Shown: positions 23,570 through 33,374 of the stretch, one piece after another
How the letters are laid out: every line of letters starts with the position of its first letter
Position numbering within the stretch: the stretch's first letter is position 1
Origin: Escherichia coli
GTDB lineage: Bacteria > Pseudomonadota > Gammaproteobacteria > Enterobacterales > Enterobacteriaceae
Assembly: GCF_046105845.1 (NCBI RefSeq)
Contig: NZ_CP151004.1
Length of the DNA stretch: 64,000 nt
Direction: 5' to 3' (one strand)
Position numbers and translations under genes: made by a program
Notes under the pieces: model-generated
What the model saw: only the letters and a program-made list of their open reading frames with translations
Database searches by the model: none
Told to the model about the DNA's origin: nothing

Positions 23570-23642
23570 TACAATGCCTTGCCATCAAATATTTTAAATA
23601 CCTATTCTTAGGCTGCACATGCTAACATATCCAAATAAGATC

Positions 23643-23667
23643 GATAACGATAATTAATTTCATTATC
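23643..23667. promoter_or_regulatory. Fur box in the entS / fepD divergent promoter region
   Basis: gataacgataattaatttcattatc, a Fur-box-like AT-rich dyad just upstream of the fepD start. Confidence 0.65.
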
Positions 23668-23679
23668 ATGGAAGTTCGT

Positions 23680-24684
23680 ATGTCTGGTTCTGTTGCCGTG
23701 ACACGCGCCATTGCCGTGCCCGGATTGCTGTTATTACTGATTATCGCGACGGCATTAAGCCTGCTCATTGGGGCAAAATCACTCCCCGCTTCCGTAGTGC
23801 TGGAGGCGCTCTCCGGCACCTGCCAGAGCGCCGACTGCACCATTGTGCTCGACGCCCGTCTGCCGCGCACCCTTGCCGGTTTACTGGCAGGCGGTGCGCT
23901 TGGGCTTGCCGGGGCGCTGATGCAAACCCTCACCCGAAACCCACTTGCCGACCCCGGCTTGCTTGGTGTGAACGCCGGAGCCAGCTTTGCCATTGTGCTG
24001 GGTGCGGCGCTGTTTGGTTACTCATCCGCGCAGGAACAACTGGCGATGGCCTTCGCCGGGGCGCTGGTGGCCTCATTGATTGTTGCCTTTACCGGCAGTC
24101 AGGGCGGAGGGCAGTTAAGTCCGGTGCGTTTAACCCTGGCGGGCGTGGCGCTGGCGGCGGTGCTGGAAGGGCTGACCAGCGGCATCGCCCTGCTTAATCC
24201 TGACGTCTACGATCAACTGCGTTTCTGGCAAGCCGGTTCGCTGGATATTCGTAATTTACACACCTTAAAAGTAGTGCTGATCCCGGTGCTGATCGCCGGA
24301 GTAACCGCGCTATTACTGAGCCGCGCACTGAACAGTTTAAGCCTTGGCAGTGACACCGCGACGGCGCTGGGCAGTCGCGTGGCGCGCACACAGTTGATTG
24401 GTCTGCTGGCGATTACCGTGCTTTGCGGTAGTGCAACGGCGGTAGTTGGCCCGATTGCCTTTATTGGCCTGATGATGCCGCACATGGCGCGCTGGCTGGT
24501 AGGTGCCGATCATCGCTGGTCGCTGCCCGTCACGCTACTTGCCACCCCTGCCCTGCTGCTGTTTGCCGATATCATCGGGCGGGTGATTGTGCCCGGCGAG
24601 TTGCGCGTTTCTGTGGTCAGTGCCTTTATTGGCGCACCGGTGCTGATCTTCCTCGTGCGACGTAAAACGCGAGGTGGCGCATGA
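23680..24684 (+). CDS. fepD: Ferric enterobactin ABC transporter permease FepD
   Basis: ORF 23668..24684 trimmed to MSGSVAVTRAIAV (334 aa). Confidence 0.92.
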   Translation: MSGSVAVTRAIAVPGLLLLLIIATALSLLIGAKSLPASVVLEALSGTCQSADCTIVLDARLPRTLAGLLAGGALGLAGALMQTLTRNPLADPGLLGVNAGASFAIVLGAALFGYSSAQEQLAMAFAGALVASLIVAFTGSQGGGQLSPVRLTLAGVALAAVLEGLTSGIALLNPDVYDQLRFWQAGSLDIRNLHTLKVVLIPVLIAGVTALLLSRALNSLSLGSDTATALGSRVARTQLIGLLAITVLCGSATAVVGPIAFIGLMMPHMARWLVGADHRWSLPVTLLATPALLLFADIIGRVIVPGELRVSVVSAFIGAPVLIFLVRRKTRGGA

Positions 24685-25673
24685 TTTACGTCTCTCGCCG
24701 ATTAATCATCACCTGTTTGCTGCTAATTACCGCCTGTGTGGTTGCAGGTATCTGGGGATTACGCAGCGGTACCGTCACGCTGGAAACCTCGCAGATATTC
24801 GCCGCGTTGATGGGCGATGCGCCGCGCAGTATGACGATGGTGGTCACCGAATGGCGTTTACCACGCGTGCTGATGGCGCTGTTAATTGGCGCGGCTCTGG
24901 GCGTCAGTGGCGCGATTTTTCAGTCGCTGATGCGTAACCCACTCGGCAGTCCTGACGTAATGGGCTTTAACACCGGGGCGTGGAGCGGCGTGCTGGTGGC
25001 GATGGTGCTGTTTGGTCAGGACCTGACGGCTATCGCCCTAGCAGCAATGGCGGGCGGCATTGTCACCTCGCTGCTGGTCTGGCTGCTCGCATGGCGTAAC
25101 GGCATCGACACCTTTCGGTTGATTATTATCGGTATCGGTGTTCGCGCCATGCTGGTGGCCTTTAATACCTGGCTGTTGCTGAAAGCGTCTTTAGAAACGG
25201 CACTAACAGCGGGTTTGTGGAATGCCGGATCGCTCAACGGCCTGACGTGGGCAAAAACCTCGCCTTCCGCACCCATCATTATATTGATGCTAATTGCCGC
25301 CGCCTTACTGGTACGCCGGATGCGCTTGCTGGAAATGGGCGATGATACCGCGTGTGCGCTGGGCGTCAGCGTCGAACGTTCGCGGCTATTAATGATGCTG
25401 GTCGCCGTAGTGCTTACCGCAGCTGCCACTGCCCTGGCGGGGCCGATTTCCTTTATTGCTTTAGTCGCGCCACACATTGCCCGGCGCATTAGCGGCACCG
25501 CTCGCTGGGGGCTGACCCAGGCGGCGCTGTGCGGGGCGTTGTTACTGCTGGCGGCCGATCTCTGCGCCCAACAACTGTTTATGCCGTATCAACTTCCGGT
25601 TGGCGTCGTTACCGTCAGCCTCGGCGGTATTTACCTTATCGTCTTGTTAATTCAGGAGTCTCGCAAAAAATGA
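24681..25673 (+). CDS. fepG: Ferric enterobactin ABC transporter permease FepG
   Basis: 330 aa ORF; 4-nt overlap with fepD. Confidence 0.93.
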   Translation: MIYVSRRLIITCLLLITACVVAGIWGLRSGTVTLETSQIFAALMGDAPRSMTMVVTEWRLPRVLMALLIGAALGVSGAIFQSLMRNPLGSPDVMGFNTGAWSGVLVAMVLFGQDLTAIALAAMAGGIVTSLLVWLLAWRNGIDTFRLIIIGIGVRAMLVAFNTWLLLKASLETALTAGLWNAGSLNGLTWAKTSPSAPIIILMLIAAALLVRRMRLLEMGDDTACALGVSVERSRLLMMLVAVVLTAAATALAGPISFIALVAPHIARRISGTARWGLTQAALCGALLLLAADLCAQQLFMPYQLPVGVVTVSLGGIYLIVLLIQESRKK

Positions 25674-26485
25674 CCGAATCAGTAGCCCGTTTGCGTGGCG
25701 AACAGTTAACCCTCGGATATGGCAAATATACCGTTGCGGAAAATCTGACTGTAGAAATTCCTGATGGTCACTTCACGGCAATTATCGGGCCAAATGGCTG
25801 CGGTAAATCCACGTTACTGCGTACCTTAAGCCGCCTGATGACGCCTGCTCACGGGCATGTCTGGCTGGATGGCGAGCACATTCAACATTACGCCAGTAAA
25901 GAGGTTGCACGCCGGATTGGCCTGTTGGCGCAAAACGCCACAACGCCGGGAGATATCACCGTGCAGGAGCTGGTGGCGCGTGGGCGTTACCCGCATCAAC
26001 CGCTGTTTACCCGCTGGCGCAAAGAAGATGAAGAAGCGGTAACGAAAGCGATGCAGGCCACGGGAATCACTCATCTGGCAGATCAAAGCGTGGATACCCT
26101 TTCTGGCGGACAACGCCAGCGAGCGTGGATAGCAATGGTGCTGGCCCAGGAAACGGCAATTATGCTGCTCGATGAACCAACGACCTGGCTGGATATCAGT
26201 CATCAGATTGATCTCCTGGAACTGTTAAGCGAACTGAACCGCGAGAAAGGCTATACCCTGGCGGCGGTGCTGCACGATCTTAATCAGGCCTGTCGTTACG
26301 CCAGCCATTTGATTGCATTGCGGGAAGGGAAAATTGTTGCTCAGGGAGCGCCGAAGGAGATTGTCACTGCTGAATTGATCGAGCGCATTTATGGTCTGCG
26401 CTGCATGATTATTGACGATCCGGTAGCCGGAACTCCGCTCGTGGTGCCGCTCGGACGAACGGCACCTTCAACTGCCAAGATTTAA
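25670..26485 (+). CDS. fepC: Ferric enterobactin ABC transporter ATPase FepC
   Basis: ORF 25529..26485 trimmed to MTESVARLRGEQL (271 aa); Walker A GPNGCGKST; ATGA overlap with the fepG stop. Confidence 0.93.
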   Translation: MTESVARLRGEQLTLGYGKYTVAENLTVEIPDGHFTAIIGPNGCGKSTLLRTLSRLMTPAHGHVWLDGEHIQHYASKEVARRIGLLAQNATTPGDITVQELVARGRYPHQPLFTRWRKEDEEAVTKAMQATGITHLADQSVDTLSGGQRQRAWIAMVLAQETAIMLLDEPTTWLDISHQIDLLELLSELNREKGYTLAAVLHDLNQACRYASHLIALREGKIVAQGAPKEIVTAELIERIYGLRCMIIDDPVAGTPLVVPLGRTAPSTAKI

Positions 26486-27615
26486 ACTAAGTGCTCTTCC
26501 ATCACGGCATCCTGTTTTCTGGATGCCATCGCATGGCGCAACAGCACGCCACCACAAGCCACCATCCCGCCGATCATCGCAGAAAGGATCACAATAATCG
26601 CCTTACCCGGACCATCTTTTTTCACTGGCAATGACGGGCTTAACTGATATTTAAACGGCGTAAAATTCACATCGTTGATATTTGCTTTTGTTAGCTGCTC
26701 AACAAGATACTGACGATTACGTAATTCACCGTTCAGTTCCGCAACGTCAGTGACCGCTTTTTCAATTTCCAGTTTGCGTTCAATACCGTCTGCGCCGAGA
26801 GAAATAGAGAAATCGGGGTCATCTTTAACGGCCTGACCATTACTGTAAACGGGCTTTTTAATTCCTGCCGCGTTGGCAATGTCGAGTGAATAATTGAGGC
26901 GCTGAATGTTTGCATCAAGTTGATTTTTCGTTTTAATGCGATCCTGAGCCAGTTTTTCTTTTTCAAACTGGGTTTTGATCTCCAGTTTATTACGGACGTT
27001 TTCTATCGACTCTTTCACCACCAACGCAGAGATATAATCGATATACCCGCTCAAAACGGTCTGCGCCTCTTCACTGGTTGGCGCGGTAAAACTTAGCGTC
27101 CAGGAGGTATACAGTGACGGTTCATCTTTTTTCTTACTGGCATTGTCATCAACCGCTTTCATTTTTTCGCTCAATGCGACAATTGCGCGATGCAAATCCA
27201 GTTCGTCGATTTTCGCCTCTTTTAATTGGTCCATCACATAAGGTGTTGAGCGCAGGTACTCTTCCAGCAAGCTAACCGACTGAAACTTCTTGATAAACAG
27301 GTTAAATGCTTCTGTACGATCAATTTTGATATCCAGATCCAGCACACGAAGCTTAGTGAATGTTTTCTCAAGCGCCTGCCACTGAACAGGTTCTGGAGGC
27401 GTGACAACCGCCGCGCTGGTCCATTTTTGCGGCAGGATGAAAGAGATCAGTAAACCTGCGCAGGCAAATGCAAAAATGACCGCCATGACCGTTTTTTTGG
27501 CCCGCCATAAAACTGCGATTAGATTAAGTAAATCAATTTCATTATTACTGGGCGACGCCAGAGGATACTCGGGAAAATGAGTGTCACTTCCCTGTTTAAT
27601 ATTCAGTGATGACAT
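26482..27615 (-). CDS. fepE: Polysaccharide co-polymerase (Wzz-like) FepE
   Basis: 377 aa ORF recognised as FepE. Confidence 0.9.
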   Translation of the reverse strand: MSSLNIKQGSDTHFPEYPLASPSNNEIDLLNLIAVLWRAKKTVMAVIFAFACAGLLISFILPQKWTSAAVVTPPEPVQWQALEKTFTKLRVLDLDIKIDRTEAFNLFIKKFQSVSLLEEYLRSTPYVMDQLKEAKIDELDLHRAIVALSEKMKAVDDNASKKKDEPSLYTSWTLSFTAPTSEEAQTVLSGYIDYISALVVKESIENVRNKLEIKTQFEKEKLAQDRIKTKNQLDANIQRLNYSLDIANAAGIKKPVYSNGQAVKDDPDFSISLGADGIERKLEIEKAVTDVAELNGELRNRQYLVEQLTKANINDVNFTPFKYQLSPSLPVKKDGPGKAIIVILSAMIGGMVACGGVLLRHAMASRKQDAVMEEHLV

Positions 27616-27769
27616 GGGGTATAACCTGAAAATGAGTCCAATAGGGGGAAATCTCCACGGCGCTCACTTTACCAGTTGGTGAGAATTATCCGAAGCTGAA
27701 GTTTGTAAATTCCTTCCACTGAATGCAACATTCACTCTATTTAAGAGCAATATCCACCAAACTTATAAA

Positions 27770-27815
27770 TTAAATAAATGATAAACCCATAATCATTTCC
27801 AGTAATTATGGGTTT
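27770..27815 (-). terminator. Rho-independent terminator downstream of entF
   Basis: Perfect 11-bp inverted repeat aaacccataat / attatgggttt (27783..27815) followed on the minus strand by a U-rich tract, 16 nt after the entF stop. Confidence 0.55.
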
Positions 27816-27830
27816 ATGGATAATATTAAT

Positions 27831-30800
27831 TTACCTGTTTAGCGTAGCGCGAATAATCGGCCCAATTTTTTCAAACGCCACCGGAGAGATAATATCCACA
27901 TGCGCACAATCCTGACGATAGATATCCAGCTCAGCAATCCACGGTGCCCAGGCCTGTTCAGGACTCATACCTTCCTGAAGCGTGCGTTCGGCAACAAATA
28001 GCGTCGCTTTACCATCAAACGGTACGCTATGAGCTGTCGTCAGCAGGCGCACAGCATCAGCGTAGTTGCCTTCAATGGTGGTAAACAACTCCGTTGAAGT
28101 ACTTCCCTGCTGTGCCGCCAGGAAGGCTTCGCGCTCGCGGTTAATCTCCGCCAGCACTTCCGGGTCCAGACCATTGGCTTCTTTTTCCTGCCAGTTTTGC
28201 GTTTCTGGCGGCCAGGTATCCAGCAAGCCAAGAAATGCCACCTGTTCGCCACGGGCACGCAGCCGCGCCGCAATACCCTGCGCCAGCGTACCGCCCAGCG
28301 AATAACCCAGCAGGTAATAAGGGCCGTGCGGTTGATGCTCAAGTAACGTTGCCAGATGCGCTTCGCAGACTTCATCCAGATTTGCCGCGGTCTGCATGGG
28401 GCCATTGGGGCGCGGCGACTGAATGCCGATAATCGACCATTGTGGATCGAGATAACGCGAGAGCACGCTGAACTGCCAGGCAAAACCGGACGCAGGATGG
28501 AAACAAAACAGCGTCGGGCCATTACCTTCACGCAACGGCAGAATGGTTTCGAATCCCATGCGCTGGGTGCTGTCTTCTTCACCATCAATAATCGTTGCCA
28601 GTTTGGCGACGGTTGATGCGACCATCACCTGCCCCGGCGTCACCTGACGGGCAAAGTGTCGACTTAACTGCGCTGCCAGTTTCATTGCCAGTAGCGAATG
28701 ACCGCCAAGCGCGAAGAAATCAGCATCGGCATCCTGCACGTCACAACCCAGCAACGACGAGAATGCCGCGGCGATAATCGTTTCACTGCCCGCTTTCGGC
28801 GCACGCCCCGGCGCTTGTGCCTTCAGTTCAGGCAACGGTAAGGCTTTGCGATCCAGCTTGCCGTTGGCGCTAAGCGGCAACTGCGGAAGTTGCAGCAGAA
28901 CCACGGGCACCATATGCGGTGGCAATGTTTCGCGCAACTGCGCCTGCAATGCGCTGGTATCCAACGGCAGGCCCGATTGCGACACCAGATAGCCCACCAA
29001 CTGACGCGCATCGCCTCCCGTTGCGGCAGCCTGGTTAATGACGCAGGCGTGGGTCACGGCTTGTTCGACATCCGGCAGCGCCTGCATCACGCGATCGATT
29101 TCGCCCAGTTCGATACGCTGCCCGCGAATTTTTAGCTGATCGTCACTGCGCCCGAGGTACTCCACCGCGCCGTTATCCAGCCAGCGGGCAACGTCTCCGG
29201 TACGGTACATCCGTTCACCAGGGGCAAAAGGATCGGCAATAAAGCGGCTGGCGGTCAGATCGGGTCGTCCAAGATACCCCTGCGCCAGTTGTATGCCAGT
29301 GAGATAGAGATCTCCCGCCACACCCGGCGGCACCGGATGCATCATCGCATCAAGAATACGCAGGCCCGTATTCCACACCGGATAACCAATCGGCACACTG
29401 CTGCCGCGCACCTGTGCCAGTTCCTCGCCAAAAGCCGGATACCAGCTGACATCTACCGCCGCTTCCGTCGGGCCATATAGATTATGCAACGGCACGCTGG
29501 TTAACTGTTGCCATTCGCGGCATAAATCAGCGGGTAAGGCCTCACCACTACAGAAAACCTGTTTCAACGTCGCGCAATTCTGGCGAGCGGTTTGCGGAGT
29601 CAGCGATGCAACAAAAGCTGCCAGCATCGACGGCACAAAGTGCGTGGTCGTTACGCCATATTCGGCAAAGAATTGCTGCATAGCGAGCGGGTCGCGGTGC
29701 GCTTCCGGTTCAGCCATCACCAGTTTAGCCCCGGCAATAAACGGCCAGAAAAACTCCCACACCGAGACATCAAAACTGCACGGCGTTTTTTGGGCAACGA
29801 CATCTTCGCCTGTAAGCGGGTAGTGGTTTTGCATCCAAAGCAGGCGGTTAACGATAGCCGTCTGCCCGACCATTACCCCTTTCGGCCTGCCGGTAGAGCC
29901 AGAGGTAAAGATGATATAAGCCGTGTGGTGCGGTTGTGAAAGTTTCAGCGGCGCACTGCCCTGCGGTGTAAGCGGGGCGTTATAGCAAAGGCGGGTTAAA
30001 TCTGGAACATCGGCAAAGCGCGGCAGTTGATCGTCGGTGGTGATTAACAGCGACGGACGCGCATCTTCCAGCATCATTTTCAGGCGATCGTCCGGATAGC
30101 CGGTATCCAGCGGTAACCAGGCCGCACCAGCCTCAACAATTGCATGTAGCGCCAGAGTCAAAAAGACCGAGCGCGGTAGCGCCACCGCCACGCTGTCGCC
30201 TGGTTTAACGCCGCGCTCACGCAGCAGATTCGCCAGCGCCACCACCTGCTCGCGCATTTCCCGATAGCTAAACTGGTAACTCGCATCAACCAGCGCCGGA
30301 GCATGCGGTGTTTTTGCCGCCTGTTCCGCCACCAGCGCGCTCAGCGTGGTTTCTGGAATCTCAACCTGAGTGGCGTTGATCTGCGCCAGCTGCACATATT
30401 CACCTGGCAGCATAATATCGACATCGCCGCACAACAGCGCCGGATCCGCGGCGAACTGGGCAATCAGCATTTTCAGGCGTTCAGCGTGTTGAATTAACGT
30501 TGGCTCATCGTAACGCTGTTTATTGGCGAGGATCTCAATACTCAAATCACCGTGTTCATCCGGGAACAGTGCCAGTTCAAGGTCATTAACCGGACCGGTT
30601 GCCAGGGTATGGGTTTGCGCCTGAACACCAGGAATATCCAGTTGGTAATCAAATACCTTGATATTGAGTACCGGACCAAACAGCGGTTCATCACCTGCCG
30701 CTCGCCCGCTGTCACGGACAATTTGTTCGGCATCGTAACGTTGATGACGACGCATTTTTTTCAGTTGTGCTGCCAGTCGGGTTGCCAGTTGCGGCAGCGT

Positions 30801-31712
30801 TTCTTGCGCCTCAATATGAATACCCAACGGCAAAACGTTGAGCACGGGTCCGGTAGCCGTCAGCGCCGCCGAGCCCAGTCGACGCATAAAGATAAATCCG
30901 GCGGCGTAGTCCATGCGATTGCACAATCGCCCCAGCCATAAGGCCACCAGCGCAAGGGCTAAATCGGTACGCTGCACACCTGAAAGTTGCGTAGCCAGCT
31001 GGCGGAATTCCCCGTCAGTAAATTCCAGTTTCAGGCGAAGAATATCTGCCGAAGCGCTGCGCCCCGGTAAAGGTGCCGGAGAAAGTGACGCGGGCGGCGG
31101 CAATTGACGACGCTGTTCCGCCCAGAATGCCGCATCACGCTGCCAGGCTTCGCTTTCGCGGTATTGCTGGTACTCTTCCACTACATCAGCGAAAGGCGTA
31201 AACGGCGAAGCAGGCGTTGGTTCGCCACGCAGCCATGCGCAGTAAATATTGGCGATCTGGCGGGTAATGGCCGGGAAACTGAAGCCATCGACCAGCAAAT
31301 GGTGATAACGCTGATACCAGTACCAGCGGTTATCCGCCACCTGTATCAACTGATGAAAGACCAGTGGTTTACCGCTATCGACGCGCAGATCTTGTTGCAA
31401 ATCCGCCTGCATTAATGCCCGCGCAGTACCGTGCGGATCAATGTTGGTTCGCAGGTCGATAATTTCTGGCAGTTCGAACGTCAGCGCATCATCGACCCAC
31501 TGCCAGACTTCGCCGTTATCTTCCGTAAAACGCATCCGCAGCGTATCTGCTTGCGCTAATCCGGCAACCACCGCGCGGGCCAGTAATGGCGCATCAACCT
31601 CTCCGGTTAACTCAACGTAATGCGCCACGCTCCAGGCGGAGGGTAAATCCGACAGTTTTTCTGCCATCCAGATGCCGGGCTGTGCGGCGACCAAAGGTAA
31701 ATGCTGGCTCAT
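27831..31712 (-). CDS. entF: Enterobactin non-ribosomal peptide synthetase EntF (C-A-PCP-TE)
   Basis: ORF 27831..31850 trimmed to MSQHLPLVAAQPGIWMAEKL (1293 aa); adenylation and thioesterase motifs present; ATGA overlap with the ybdZ stop. Confidence 0.95.
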   Translation of the reverse strand: MSQHLPLVAAQPGIWMAEKLSDLPSAWSVAHYVELTGEVDAPLLARAVVAGLAQADTLRMRFTEDNGEVWQWVDDALTFELPEIIDLRTNIDPHGTARALMQADLQQDLRVDSGKPLVFHQLIQVADNRWYWYQRYHHLLVDGFSFPAITRQIANIYCAWLRGEPTPASPFTPFADVVEEYQQYRESEAWQRDAAFWAEQRRQLPPPASLSPAPLPGRSASADILRLKLEFTDGEFRQLATQLSGVQRTDLALALVALWLGRLCNRMDYAAGFIFMRRLGSAALTATGPVLNVLPLGIHIEAQETLPQLATRLAAQLKKMRRHQRYDAEQIVRDSGRAAGDEPLFGPVLNIKVFDYQLDIPGVQAQTHTLATGPVNDLELALFPDEHGDLSIEILANKQRYDEPTLIQHAERLKMLIAQFAADPALLCGDVDIMLPGEYVQLAQINATQVEIPETTLSALVAEQAAKTPHAPALVDASYQFSYREMREQVVALANLLRERGVKPGDSVAVALPRSVFLTLALHAIVEAGAAWLPLDTGYPDDRLKMMLEDARPSLLITTDDQLPRFADVPDLTRLCYNAPLTPQGSAPLKLSQPHHTAYIIFTSGSTGRPKGVMVGQTAIVNRLLWMQNHYPLTGEDVVAQKTPCSFDVSVWEFFWPFIAGAKLVMAEPEAHRDPLAMQQFFAEYGVTTTHFVPSMLAAFVASLTPQTARQNCATLKQVFCSGEALPADLCREWQQLTSVPLHNLYGPTEAAVDVSWYPAFGEELAQVRGSSVPIGYPVWNTGLRILDAMMHPVPPGVAGDLYLTGIQLAQGYLGRPDLTASRFIADPFAPGERMYRTGDVARWLDNGAVEYLGRSDDQLKIRGQRIELGEIDRVMQALPDVEQAVTHACVINQAAATGGDARQLVGYLVSQSGLPLDTSALQAQLRETLPPHMVPVVLLQLPQLPLSANGKLDRKALPLPELKAQAPGRAPKAGSETIIAAAFSSLLGCDVQDADADFFALGGHSLLAMKLAAQLSRHFARQVTPGQVMVASTVAKLATIIDGEEDSTQRMGFETILPLREGNGPTLFCFHPASGFAWQFSVLSRYLDPQWSIIGIQSPRPNGPMQTAANLDEVCEAHLATLLEHQPHGPYYLLGYSLGGTLAQGIAARLRARGEQVAFLGLLDTWPPETQNWQEKEANGLDPEVLAEINREREAFLAAQQGSTSTELFTTIEGNYADAVRLLTTAHSVPFDGKATLFVAERTLQEGMSPEQAWAPWIAELDIYRQDCAHVDIISPVAFEKIGPIIRATLNR

Positions 31713-31927
31713 TGCACCTCCTGCAACTGGGTGAAATTCGACGGTGTCAGAGTACGCCAGTGGGCTTCCAGCCACTGCTGGCAGGACGCCTGTGACTGCG
31801 GCTGACACACAACGTCCCAGCCTGCCGGTAAGGCGCATTGTTGCGGCCACAGACTGAATTGCCCCTGCGCATTGCGCAAAATGTAAAACGCTCCCTGCGG
31901 ATCATCGAAGGGATTACTGAATGCCAT
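31709..31927 (-). CDS. ybdZ: MbtH-like protein YbdZ
   Basis: ORF 31709..31933 trimmed to MAFSNPFDDPQGAF (72 aa), between fes and entF. Confidence 0.9.
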   Translation of the reverse strand: MAFSNPFDDPQGAFYILRNAQGQFSLWPQQCALPAGWDVVCQPQSQASCQQWLEAHWRTLTPSNFTQLQEVQ

Positions 31928-31929
31928 AT

Positions 31930-33132
31930 TCAACTCCTGTCATGGAAAAGTGGTTGCCAGAGGTCGATTAGCCCCTGCATCAAGCCACCGCGCCAACAAA
32001 GCGCATCATGTCCGCCGTCAACCTGACGCCAGAAAATGGATTCTTTTATAGGGTGTAATTGCGCATACAGCGCCTGATTGGCCCGCATGATCATCGGCTC
32101 GCGAATACCCGCTTCCAGCACAATGCGCAGACCTTCGGCGCTAACTTGACCAGCTTTAAGTTGCTCAAGTAAAACACCTTCTTGCTGCCCGCCCCGATGC
32201 GGCCACCAGTACGATCCTGACTGGCTTAATACACAGCCAAAGCGTTCAGGCCAGTGCAGTCCGGCATACAGCGCGGACAGCCCACCAAAACTCTGCCCGG
32301 CGACCACGGTGCGATCGGCGCGATCGCTAAAAGGGGCAATAGCTTTCACCAGGGGTAATAACTCTTGCTGTACTGCCAGCCAGAAATCCGCATTACACGG
32401 CAGTTCGTGGGCGCGGTGCGTGGTGTCGATAGCGTCGATCAACACATACACGGCGGGAGGAAGTTGCTGACGATGGGTCAGCGAAGTCAGCACAGGCCAG
32501 ACGGGCATACTCTGCGCCCAAAATTCACCATCAAGCAAAACTGCCAGCGGGCGTTCTTCTGCTGTTGCATCGCCGGTGGTAAAAATCCATACACGGCGTG
32601 AATTTTTCAACCGTTCACTTTTCCAGATAATTTCTTTGGCAGGCGTTTCTGGCGCTTGCGGACAATCCCATCCCGGTTGCAGAGGCGCTTGCGGCATTTC
32701 GAGTGCAGAAACAGCGTGCCCTCGCCCGCCTTTCCAGCTTTGTGGATTCAGCGGATCGGCTATCGCCTGGGGTAATAGTTTTCGCCAGCCTTCACGTAAT
32801 TCGAGGCGATCGGGGGATGGTGCAGAAAAAATGTCATCGCGTTCGGTGGGAATAAAACAGTAGCTGCCGCGCCAGTTGGCATTAAGTTGTGTCGTCCACT
32901 GCCAGACGTTGGTACCTGCAATTCGCTGCATCGACTGGGGCTGGCTGTTCTGATGGTGATCGGTCACACCAGTGATGTAGACCCATACGCGCTTTATCGT
33001 CGAGTATTCTTCAGAACCTTGGGGATCACGCCACCAGAAAGTGACCTCAAACATTTCGTCATTCAGACGCTGCCATTCCGGGCCATGTTTCGACTGCCAC
33101 CAGCTCTCACTTCCTACTTTTAACGCCGTCAC
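31930..33132 (-). CDS. fes: Enterobactin esterase Fes
   Basis: 400 aa ORF recognised as Fes; the start codon choice is uncertain (longest ORF used). Confidence 0.9.
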   Translation of the reverse strand: MTALKVGSESWWQSKHGPEWQRLNDEMFEVTFWWRDPQGSEEYSTIKRVWVYITGVTDHHQNSQPQSMQRIAGTNVWQWTTQLNANWRGSYCFIPTERDDIFSAPSPDRLELREGWRKLLPQAIADPLNPQSWKGGRGHAVSALEMPQAPLQPGWDCPQAPETPAKEIIWKSERLKNSRRVWIFTTGDATAEERPLAVLLDGEFWAQSMPVWPVLTSLTHRQQLPPAVYVLIDAIDTTHRAHELPCNADFWLAVQQELLPLVKAIAPFSDRADRTVVAGQSFGGLSALYAGLHWPERFGCVLSQSGSYWWPHRGGQQEGVLLEQLKAGQVSAEGLRIVLEAGIREPMIMRANQALYAQLHPIKESIFWRQVDGGHDALCWRGGLMQGLIDLWQPLFHDRS

Positions 33133-33176
33133 ACCATAACCCCATGTTTACTGTGCAATTTTTTATTGATTGCAGA

Positions 33177-33217
33177 AATATATTGATAATATTATTGATA
33201 ACTATTTGCATTTGCAA
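33177..33217. promoter_or_regulatory. Overlapping Fur boxes in the fes / fepA divergent promoter region
   Basis: aaatatattgataatattattgataactatttgcatttgcaat contains tandem GATAAT-type Fur hexamers. Confidence 0.75.
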
Positions 33218-33374
33218 TAGCGTAATGGCGCGCCGTGGGAAGCGCGGACATTAATTAACCAACTGCACTGCGTGTCTTTCAGGATCAAAGGTTTTCGCGG
33301 TAGCGGGATGCGTCGTGTTGATGACGACCATGCCCGACAGTTGCAATTCGTGGCAAAAATGCAGGAATAAAACA

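Noticed and set aside
25529-25669. N-terminal extension of the fepC ORF (318 aa version) overlapping fepG
   Set aside because: The extension has no resemblance to an ABC ATPase N-terminus; the MTES start at 25670 gives the expected 271 aa and an ATGA stop-start overlap with fepG.
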